Origin: a virus
Reading direction: 5' to 3' (one strand)
Virus record (IMG/VR): IMGVR_UViG_3300000970_000003
Length of the DNA: 44,597 bases
A model generated the notes under the pieces. That model searched no databases, was not told where the DNA came from, and saw only the letters and a list, made by a program, of their open reading frames with translations. The position numbers were made by a program, and so were the translations under genes. Positions 22,629 through 30,177 of this stretch are shown here, piece after piece; the stretch's first letter is position 1; every line of letters begins with the position of its first letter.

Positions 22629-23827
22629 TATAGAGCTTCAGTAGTTTCTGTTCTTTTGACAGTGTATCTGATTCCAGAAGAGTCAGAAGTGTCTAGCTGT
22701 AAACCTATAGTTTGAGCAGCTCCAGAACCGTTTAATACAACATCAGCTTTAAGGTTAAAGTTACCAATTCTCTGTTTTACAAAAATTTGATCTTTAACAC
22801 TAGAAGCGTCAGCAGCAGAATGACCGTTATGGAAACCTAAGATTTTAAAAATCTTTACATTTCCAGGAGTACCAACATCGTGTGCAGTTACCAACCACTC
22901 AACAGACTGATATTCGTCAACTAAAAGAGTATCGACAAGCGTAGGAGAGTTTTGGTTGATTACAGCCGGGCCTAAGTTTGCAACAGGTCCAACTTCTTCA
23001 AGAGCAGTCTCTAATTCTTGTAGAGCATCTTTTACAGAACCGTTGTCAGAAATGATTTCGCCTGTGAATGTTCCAAGATTAGTTGCGCCTTGAGCTGTTC
23101 CTAAAACTTGGTCCTGAGCATCGTTGTTACCGTCAAGCTTAGCGATAGCTTCTTCACCGGAATCACCAGCAACCACATCTCCAGCGTTGGCTACATACGA
23201 ACCGCTTAGAGAAATACCTGTTAGAAGCTCCCAATTAGCATCACCTAGTTTGATTACATCTGTGCCGTTGAAATGAACTAAAGCTTGAAGCTCTTGAGAT
23301 CCATCACTGTCAGGGAGGTAGTTTTTAACAACGAAGTTGTTACCTGCAGCAAGCGGAGTCGCAGCGAAAGCTACTGTAATATTCGGAGAAGCTACAGCAG
23401 TTACTTCTAAAAGCTGTTCAGATGATCCGCCAACGCCAGAGATAATATAGTCACCAACCTGAAAATCATTGGCAGTGATTAAAGTGCCTTCATCGTCTGT
23501 AAAAGGATTAGCTGTTAAATCTCTAGTGCCTGGAGCAGCAAGCTGTTCACTGGTTGCAACACGAACACACTCTTCTCTGAAAGTGACATCCATTGAGGCG
23601 CCTGTATTTAAAAGCTCCCAATCTGCTGCATTGCCTACTAGAGCAATCTTTTTATAAATTTCTGTAGTGCCTGATCTGAAATATAGTGAGGGAATGGGAG
23701 CGGCATCTTGCTCCGCTGAATCACCGCCAGGAACTGCTAAACCTGATAGCACCTCCGCCTGTGGTGCATCGCCATCCTTACCAAATATCGCTAAACCTAG
23801 CTCTACTCCGAATAAATCTCTACTCAT
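22628..23827 (-). CDS. tail fibre or receptor-binding-like structural protein
   Basis: 399 aa, G/A/T/S-rich with no cysteine noticed. Its N- and C-terminal domains are shared with flanking small ORFs. Confidence 0.55.
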   Translation of the reverse strand: MSRDLFGVELGLAIFGKDGDAPQAEVLSGLAVPGGDSAEQDAAPIPSLYFRSGTTEIYKKIALVGNAADWELLNTGASMDVTFREECVRVATSEQLAAPGTRDLTANPFTDDEGTLITANDFQVGDYIISGVGGSSEQLLEVTAVASPNITVAFAATPLAAGNNFVVKNYLPDSDGSQELQALVHFNGTDVIKLGDANWELLTGISLSGSYVANAGDVVAGDSGEEAIAKLDGNNDAQDQVLGTAQGATNLGTFTGEIISDNGSVKDALQELETALEEVGPVANLGPAVINQNSPTLVDTLLVDEYQSVEWLVTAHDVGTPGNVKIFKILGFHNGHSAADASSVKDQIFVKQRIGNFNLKADVVLNGSGAAQTIGLQLDTSDSSGIRYTVKRTETTEAL

Positions 23828-23845
23828 CTAAATACCTCCATGTAT

Positions 23846-24175
23846 TTATATTATTGTTCGCACCAGCCTTACAGAAACTGGCGTTGTTTCGTTATTTTTA
23901 ACAGAAAGCTCTAAAGATCCACCATTACCTGAAGCATTTACCTCGACGCTCACAGGAGCTGAGTTTCTACCATAAACCTGACTGCATACATTTGTATCGT
24001 CTCTATAAACTTTGAGATTGAGGGTCTTGGCCTGGAAACTAGACCCTTTGTCGAAACAAACTAGGTATTCAATACAGTTGAATTTTGAAAAGGATAATAT
24101 ATCTACAATTTTAGTCGAACCCGCGTCTACGGAGTCGCTTTTCTTGATAGACGTTTGTAGATAAGAATCGGCCAT
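23846..24175 (-). CDS. hypothetical protein resembling the C-terminal domain of 22628..23827
   Basis: VDILSFSKFNCIEYLV ... LELSVKNNETTPVSVRLVR parallels VDTLLVDEYQSVEWLV ... GLQLDTSDSSGIRYTVKR. Confidence 0.5.
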   Translation of the reverse strand: MADSYLQTSIKKSDSVDAGSTKIVDILSFSKFNCIEYLVCFDKGSSFQAKTLNLKVYRDDTNVCSQVYGRNSAPVSVEVNASGNGGSLELSVKNNETTPVSVRLVRTII

Positions 24176-24184
24176 CCCACGCCC

Positions 24185-24550
24185 TTACTTTACGGCTAAA
24201 CCGATTAAAACGCCGAGGCTAATTCCTACGGTGAAGCCGCCTATAACAATTCTACGGTCAGCCAGCCATGATTTCTTTTTTGGTCCACCTGCATAGCATT
24301 TATCTAAAGCATTTCTAGTTGATTTGAGATCACGCTTGCAGACGTCACAGCTTTTTTTATAAGTTGCAAGGTCTTTAAGCTCGTATTGATCTAAACAAAG
24401 CTGTCCAGCAGGATCAGCTCTCCGAATCTTGAACTGAGGGTTCTCTAAGTTCGCGGCCTTCGCGTAAGGCGTCCCGAACAATGTCAGCATCAGACTTATC
24501 ACGATTAGCTTCTTCAACATCGATTCTATTTGTAAGGTATTCGTTCTCAA
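24185..24550 (-). CDS. exported protein with a Sec signal peptide, four Cys and a C-terminal TM anchor; spanin-like topology without a lipobox
   Basis: MLKKLIVISLMLTLFGTPYAKA|AN signal and C-terminal IVIGGFTVGISLGVLIGLAV. The start is embedded in another frame of 24414..24695. Confidence 0.5.
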   Translation of the reverse strand: MRTNTLQIESMLKKLIVISLMLTLFGTPYAKAANLENPQFKIRRADPAGQLCLDQYELKDLATYKKSCDVCKRDLKSTRNALDKCYAGGPKKKSWLADRRIVIGGFTVGISLGVLIGLAVK

Positions 24551-24695
24551 GCTCGCACTCCTCCGTTTTTCGTTTTTGAACCCATAACTTGTTTCTCAAA
24601 TATCTTATTACCGATATCAAGAATACGATAGGCAAAAGCCTCTTGACCCAGTCAAAAAGCTTTGTCTTCCAAGATAGATTCTTAAGCTTAGACAT
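24414..24695 (-). CDS. i-spanin-like protein (N-terminal TM plus charged periplasmic part)
   Basis: TM segment LLPIVFLISVIRYL followed by a charged coiled region. It lies in the lysis cassette and overlaps the next ORF out of frame. Confidence 0.45.
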   Translation of the reverse strand: MSKLKNLSWKTKLFDWVKRLLPIVFLISVIRYLRNKLWVQKRKTEECELENEYLTNRIDVEEANRDKSDADIVRDALREGRELREPSVQDSES

Positions 24696-24956
24696 TTAGT
24701 CCTGCTTTGGTGAGTGTTGACCTTCTGGAGTGATAACAGTGTTAGGCTTCTTTTTTACATTTGGAATCTTTAAGAAGTCGGCGATCTTTCTCAAGACCTT
24801 TCCTACACGCTCTACAGCCCCGTCATCCTTTTCTGTTGGCGTAAGCCTTACGATTGCCTCAGCAAGAGTAAAAAGAGTGGTCACGATAAAGGTGAGCGCA
24901 ACAATATTGCCCTTTAAATAAACATAAAGCTCTCTAAAAAAGTCTAGCATTTTCAA
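24696..24956 (-). CDS. holin candidate (single-TM membrane protein)
   Basis: 86 aa with TM segment IVALTFIVTTLFTLAEAIV, then LTPTEKDD and a basic tail. It overlaps the endolysin gene's end. Confidence 0.5.
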   Translation of the reverse strand: MKMLDFFRELYVYLKGNIVALTFIVTTLFTLAEAIVRLTPTEKDDGAVERVGKVLRKIADFLKIPNVKKKPNTVITPEGQHSPKQD

Positions 24957-25440
24957 TTCTCCTTTTTGAATATGTTAAAATATTTTCGTAGTTCATTGGA
25001 ATATAGATTTGCTTTCCTGTTGGATCATTAACGCCCATCCATCTATTGTGCCTATAGTCTAGAGTGCCATCCCCCTGGTCTTTTAATGGTCTAACATCTA
25101 GGTGAAAGCCACCGCATTTAGCTCCGTAATATTGCCAGTCTGGATAGTACCCTATGCCTGTAAAAGGAAATCTAAAAACCATAAGAAGCTGGTCTATAGG
25201 ATGTAGTTTCCAGTCAGGTATAATTATATCTACAGCCTTTGATCCATTTTCAACGTAGTGCCACGACTTTTCTGAGTGGCGACCCCCATTGCCTTGTAAG
25301 ATGAATACAGGACACCCAATAGTAGCCCTAAAATCATCCAAAATAAGAAGCAAATCATCATCCATCTTCGTGGCGTCACCCCAGTTCCCCTCTTTAGGTG
25401 AAAAATGTCTTAATTTGTCCCAAGTTTCCTTACTGGCCAT
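24934..25440 (-). CDS. peptidase M15-family endolysin (zinc D,D- or L,D-peptidase)
   Basis: SWHYVENGSKAVDI (H...A-x-D) and GGFHLDVRP (H-x-D) are the M15 zinc ligand motifs. Confidence 0.75.
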   Translation of the reverse strand: MASKETWDKLRHFSPKEGNWGDATKMDDDLLLILDDFRATIGCPVFILQGNGGRHSEKSWHYVENGSKAVDIIIPDWKLHPIDQLLMVFRFPFTGIGYYPDWQYYGAKCGGFHLDVRPLKDQGDGTLDYRHNRWMGVNDPTGKQIYIPMNYENILTYSKRRIENARLF

Positions 25441-25831
25441 CCGGTTCCTCTATAATAGTTTTATTTTTAAGTCGGAATATTTCATCATGAACTATACTCT
25501 TCACCCGTTTTTCTAGATCATCATGCAGTAACTGGACCTGCTCTTTGTGTAAATTAAATAGTTTGAGGGCCTCCTGGACACTAAAATCCATTTTAACAGT
25601 AAGCTTTTCATAGTGCTCAAGTGATCTCTGGAGCGTTCTTAGCTTATTACCCAGCCCGTTTATATCATCGCGTATAGATTGAAACTCTAAAGCCCTGCGC
25701 TGTTCTTTTAAAAGCACAATCTCTTTTTCTTTTTCAAACCATTTGTTTATCAAATAACGGAGAATAGGGACGGTGACTATACCAATCCCTATTATTATTC
25801 CGACTATCTGATAAAACTCACGATTCTCCAT
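25430..25831 (-). CDS. membrane-anchored coiled-coil protein, lysis-associated
   Basis: N-terminal TM segment IVGIIIGIGIVTVPIL followed by a long charged helical region. Confidence 0.45.
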   Translation of the reverse strand: MENREFYQIVGIIIGIGIVTVPILRYLINKWFEKEKEIVLLKEQRRALEFQSIRDDINGLGNKLRTLQRSLEHYEKLTVKMDFSVQEALKLFNLHKEQVQLLHDDLEKRVKSIVHDEIFRLKNKTIIEEPDGQ

Positions 25832-26592
25832 TACTGAGGGTTAGCTACCAGATACTCATTTATAAGATTTAAAATCTTAGTTTTATCCGCCTCTCTTAAA
25901 AGATCCTCATCTGGAGTAAGGCCTTCAATAGAGTTTTTTGCAGTCTTTATAGCGCCAGCGTCCAGAAGCCTGTTTATACTCTCAAAGTTATCAACGAAGG
26001 TTCTAACTTGAGCCTCTGTTAAATTTCTTAAAGTGTTTATAAGGGCTATCTCTTTTTTAAGGTTTTTACCAAAAGTAATATTTTTAGATATAATTTTCAG
26101 TGCACCTTCTTTTACAGCCTTTGCAGTATCTTCAGCGTCGGCAGCGTTCTTTTTACTAGTGTTTAAAACTAGAGTTTTTTGAACCTTCTGCTCATACCCT
26201 ATTACTCCTGTACAGTAATAGCTAAATCCTGGGAGTATTTCGTTTTCTGTGAAAGTAATATAATCTTCAGCGCCCTGGTCACAGTATGAAGAAAAGTCTC
26301 CATCTGGAAGATTTAAAGCGTCTATTTTTTCACCGCAATCAACAGCATCCGCACAAGAATTCTCTTTATACCTCTCTTTAAAAAGAGGCTTTGAAAGATC
26401 GTCTACGCTAGAAGTCACCTCATCATAGTGGCGATAGTCTTTTGTAGAGAAATCGTAACAGGTTCCACCCGATACATTTTCACAAACTTCTTTTTTTGTA
26501 TAAACAGTATTTCTATTTTCTAGAGTAGCCCAGGTTCCTGCAAAAGCAGAAAACCCGAACGCTAAAATAAATGTTATTGTAAAAAGTTTCAT
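25831..26592 (-). CDS. Sec-exported cysteine-rich protein, 253 aa
   Basis: Signal peptide MKLFTITFILAFGFSAFA|GT. Six Cys in the first ~130 mature residues, with a helical K/E-rich C-terminal half. Confidence 0.65.
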   Translation of the reverse strand: MKLFTITFILAFGFSAFAGTWATLENRNTVYTKKEVCENVSGGTCYDFSTKDYRHYDEVTSSVDDLSKPLFKERYKENSCADAVDCGEKIDALNLPDGDFSSYCDQGAEDYITFTENEILPGFSYYCTGVIGYEQKVQKTLVLNTSKKNAADAEDTAKAVKEGALKIISKNITFGKNLKKEIALINTLRNLTEAQVRTFVDNFESINRLLDAGAIKTAKNSIEGLTPDEDLLREADKTKILNLINEYLVANPQ

Positions 26593-26593
26593 A

Positions 26594-28840
26594 TTACTTC
26601 TCCCCGTAGCAAATGATTGAGTAACCCATATCAGCTAAACCACTGTTATCTGTTTTCGATAAGACTTGCATATTTGTAGTTGATACACCCTGGATTGAAA
26701 GGGTTTGAGTATCTGAATCAGAAACAACCGCAGATCCTACACAAGTAGGAGGCTTTCCAAATATCCCAGGAATAAAAGTGTAGTTTACATTCCCGGCTAC
26801 AACTTTAGATGAGCTTTGAATCCAGTCTTCACAGTTATCTTGATCAGGATCAAAGGTTACTGGAGCTGTTGTTACTATTCCACAAGCGTAAGCAACCATA
26901 TTAGGCCTAGAGGCTTGTAGCTTTCCTTGCAGACTGTCCTTAACATCTTTAAAAACAGGGCTTGGAACTTGCTGGTCTATATTTCTAACCGTTATAGTCA
27001 TTAGCTTTTCTAAACCGTTTACAGAATCACCAACTCTTAAAACTCTGTTTGAGTTTGGAGCGTTGTTGATAACTGAAGTAGTACGGCTCAATTTAAAAGT
27101 GTGCTTTATTCCGGCTTCTAACTCAAAAATATTACAAAAATCTATTTCGTCGTAGTAGTCACTTGATCCTGAAGCTGAATCGTAACCACCGTTTGAAGCA
27201 GTTACCAAACCTCTTTCAATAACCGTATTAGTAGAAGCGTTTACTCTATCCATTTGCCATTGATTTAAAACACCTTGAGCGGCTGCACCGATAACCTTTG
27301 TCTGAAAATTAAAACAAACATTATGGTTTCCGGATACTACAGGAATGAAAGCAAAGCCTAAGTCTTCAGCTCCTGAGCAGGTATCTCCACTTGGCACCTC
27401 AGTGTTGTCGCAGGCAATGTCTACGTTTCCATCCACATCAACCATTTCAAAAAATGAGCTAGAAAGATTTTCATCTGTAGCTGCGCCAGCTGGCAGGAAT
27501 ATATCAGAGCTATTTGTAGCCTGAATATAAGACCTAAAGAATGTTCCAGAAGTTTCTACGTTTAAAGTTTCTTTTACCGTCGGCTTAACCTGCGTCGCAG
27601 TATATGAAAACACACCCGAACTCATATCATTTGATGTCGCGAACCTAATAATTTGTCCGGCAGTTACAAGACCACTCCAAGAAGCTGAACAGTCAAAAGT
27701 ATTATTCGCACAGTTATCTTGCGCTAGTAACACTTGAGACCCTCCAGGGCCTTCTAATATTTGAGCACCAGCTGAAGTTTGCTGCGAGTTGTGATGGTAA
27801 GAAACTGTAGCGTAATGATCTACAACAGCCGTGATAAAGTTTCCAGACCAAACAAAAAGCTCGTCTACGGCGCCTGTGTTTCTGGCAATTACAAAATTTA
27901 AAACATCTCCAGATCCTGTTCTGTTCCCTCCTGTACCAAACATTGATTGTTGCTTTACAGACTCCCCTGCAAAACCAGCTCTCCCGGTTCCGATAAATAC
28001 GTTATCAAAAACAAAAGGAACGGCGTCGTCTGTAGAAACTAATCTAAACTGAAGGCTGTCTGCTGGATTATCAGGACAAGTGAAAAACTGAATAAAGGGT
28101 TTTGCCGTTTCAGCTACAGGAACCACGCTTGAAACCAATGTTTCACTAACGCTACCTGTTCTTAAAACCTCTACGTTTATATGCCCTTCAGTTCCTCCCA
28201 CGAAAGTATAGTCAAAAGCTACAGCGCATGATCTTGAAACCATACCCGGAGTGATTTGTACTATAGCCGATCCTACTGTTTCAGCACCTGCTCCAGGGTT
28301 CCAAACCGCAGATTGCTCACCAAAAAGGGGAGCTGATACAAAAGCTGTGAATGATCCTAGTCCGGTAGTAACCCAATCCTTAGGCGGATCTCCAGCTTCA
28401 AAATCAGGGTTAACGTCTTGTAGTACGTTAAAACCTGCTCCTGCTCCAGAACCCGCTCCTATATCTCTAAAGTTAACCCCGTCGTTTGCAAATTGAAAAG
28501 CCTGAGTTGCAAAATCAAACTTAAGCTTTGGATTCAATCCAGCTAGTCCAGCATCTACCTCAAACAATTTATCAGTAGTGTTTGTGCCGTCTCCTAATAA
28601 AACCCCGTTTCCCTCGACAACTAAATCTGTTGAAACTGCCAGTCTCTTATCTGCTACGCTTGTTTTCAACTTAGGGTTAGTAGCGCCGTCTCCAACGTCA
28701 AAACGAATTTCTTTATTGTCTGCACTAGAGCTTATTCCAAACTGTAGAACATCCGTTGCGAACTTCTGTGGAACACCTGCTGCGTAAGCAATACAAGCAA
28801 AAAGGGTAAGTCCTGCTAAAATTTTATATATATTTCTCAT
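26594..28840 (-). CDS. Sec-exported cysteine-rich large protein, 748 aa
   Basis: Signal peptide MRNIYKILAGLTLFACIAYA|AG. Twelve Cys after the signal (counted by eye), with repeats F(D/E)VD-x-G...NPKLK near the N-terminus. Confidence 0.7.
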   Translation of the reverse strand: MRNIYKILAGLTLFACIAYAAGVPQKFATDVLQFGISSSADNKEIRFDVGDGATNPKLKTSVADKRLAVSTDLVVEGNGVLLGDGTNTTDKLFEVDAGLAGLNPKLKFDFATQAFQFANDGVNFRDIGAGSGAGAGFNVLQDVNPDFEAGDPPKDWVTTGLGSFTAFVSAPLFGEQSAVWNPGAGAETVGSAIVQITPGMVSRSCAVAFDYTFVGGTEGHINVEVLRTGSVSETLVSSVVPVAETAKPFIQFFTCPDNPADSLQFRLVSTDDAVPFVFDNVFIGTGRAGFAGESVKQQSMFGTGGNRTGSGDVLNFVIARNTGAVDELFVWSGNFITAVVDHYATVSYHHNSQQTSAGAQILEGPGGSQVLLAQDNCANNTFDCSASWSGLVTAGQIIRFATSNDMSSGVFSYTATQVKPTVKETLNVETSGTFFRSYIQATNSSDIFLPAGAATDENLSSSFFEMVDVDGNVDIACDNTEVPSGDTCSGAEDLGFAFIPVVSGNHNVCFNFQTKVIGAAAQGVLNQWQMDRVNASTNTVIERGLVTASNGGYDSASGSSDYYDEIDFCNIFELEAGIKHTFKLSRTTSVINNAPNSNRVLRVGDSVNGLEKLMTITVRNIDQQVPSPVFKDVKDSLQGKLQASRPNMVAYACGIVTTAPVTFDPDQDNCEDWIQSSSKVVAGNVNYTFIPGIFGKPPTCVGSAVVSDSDTQTLSIQGVSTTNMQVLSKTDNSGLADMGYSIICYGEK

Positions 28841-28841
28841 A

Positions 28842-29453
28842 TTAAACCTCTTCTATGTTTGATGTCAGACTGTTCAGGCTTCCTTGGTCATCTATCGTAG
28901 TGTCGCAATTTACAAAGTAGTTGTCTTGGATCATACAATAGTTCGCATTCGTTGTTAGCTGTAAAGCAATATCACCACCAGCCGAAAATCCAGAAAACCT
29001 AGCGCCTCTAAATCTTATTCTAGGAGCGTCTAAAACTATTGCTGAGTTGTTCACTCCAACCTTTGAAATCAAAGCCTGTGGCTTGAATGTAAAGTTCATA
29101 TCTGGCTGGTTTATGGTAACAGGTGAAGATAGAGCTTGTGGATCAGTGACCAGAATGTTCTTTTTACTAGCAATATTTGGATCAGCCAATAAAGCAGGTA
29201 TAGTTGCATGAGTGCCATCGACTCCCACCACAGCATCGTACTCATTTCTATTAGCCGCGACCGCATCTGTTTCCTCCTCAAAAAAATCAATCCATTCACA
29301 AATGTTTTGAAACAGCCAGTTAAATGTTTGCGCCGGAGGTCTTTCGTTTACTCCCCACCCTGCCGTTTTCTTGCCTGTTGAAGGCTCTACAGAAATCGTG
29401 GATTGGGAAGGATTGCCCTTCGTCCAGTTTATTTTACTCGTAGGTTTTGCCAT
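28842..29453 (-). CDS. short tail fibre/tailspike-like protein (conserved N-terminal anchor plus the start of a beta-helix)
   Basis: KINWTKGNP...GWGVNERPPAQTFNWLFQNICEWIDF resembles fibre or spike N-terminal anchors. The C-terminal part looks like beta-helix rungs but the protein is only 203 aa. Confidence 0.55.
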   Translation of the reverse strand: MAKPTSKINWTKGNPSQSTISVEPSTGKKTAGWGVNERPPAQTFNWLFQNICEWIDFFEEETDAVAANRNEYDAVVGVDGTHATIPALLADPNIASKKNILVTDPQALSSPVTINQPDMNFTFKPQALISKVGVNNSAIVLDAPRIRFRGARFSGFSAGGDIALQLTTNANYCMIQDNYFVNCDTTIDDQGSLNSLTSNIEEV

Positions 29454-29470
29454 ATTTCATATCCCCTTAT

Positions 29471-30166
29471 TTATAATCCATTTAAAAATCCGCCGACATA
29501 GACATCCTCTATTGAAGAAAAGCCTTTGTCACCGCTGTCCACACCAGACTCAGAAGCAAATGCAAAATCTGGTTTATCTTTCAAATGAATTCCAGCAAAA
29601 AGCCCTCCCTCATTCGAATCGTTTATATCTCCAAATCCTAACGCATTTGTTTGGTTACCATCAAAGGCAAAACCCTCTTGAGGGTCAAAGCACCATATTT
29701 GCTCTAATCTCGCTCCACCTACATCAACAGCATTTAAACGCTCGTAGAGGAAGTTTATCAAATCAGGGTCTAGCTCAGTGTCTATCCCTATCCCAATAGC
29801 TAAAGGAAACCACTCTTGAAGGTCGACTAGATTTGCACCCGTTAAAAACTGGACGATTGTAATGATTTTATCTATATCGCCTTCTGAGGTGTTCTCCCCC
29901 ACTTTGGCTTTTAAAAGACTCTGGTAGAATGTGTCATCAAAACCCAATCTATCCTGCCCGACAATAGTACCCATCAAATCTAGGGTTTGTCCGGTAGCTG
30001 TATTAAGGTTTCTCTGCTCTATTAGTTGGCAAAATATAGTTTCAAGCTCCTGGATCTGCTCTGAAAATATAGTCAATATAGATTCAAAATTAGGCTTATC
30101 CTTAAACTGAAGGAGGAGCCTATCTAAGGCCCGCTCTTTATAATCTGTGATTTTTTCAATAGCCAT
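29471..30166 (-). CDS. baseplate wedge protein (gpI/XkdT/DUF2612-like)
   Basis: 231-aa ORF directly after the J-like gene. N-terminus ERALDRLLLQFKDKPNFESIL...TATGQTLDLMG. Confidence 0.55.
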   Translation of the reverse strand: MAIEKITDYKERALDRLLLQFKDKPNFESILTIFSEQIQELETIFCQLIEQRNLNTATGQTLDLMGTIVGQDRLGFDDTFYQSLLKAKVGENTSEGDIDKIITIVQFLTGANLVDLQEWFPLAIGIGIDTELDPDLINFLYERLNAVDVGGARLEQIWCFDPQEGFAFDGNQTNALGFGDINDSNEGGLFAGIHLKDKPDFAFASESGVDSGDKGFSSIEDVYVGGFLNGL

Positions 30167-30177
30167 TATTCGTTTCC

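Noticed and set aside
29111-29299. 62-aa minus-strand ORF nested in the 203-aa fibre-like gene
   Set aside because: It is nested out of frame within a better-supported gene and has no independent signals.
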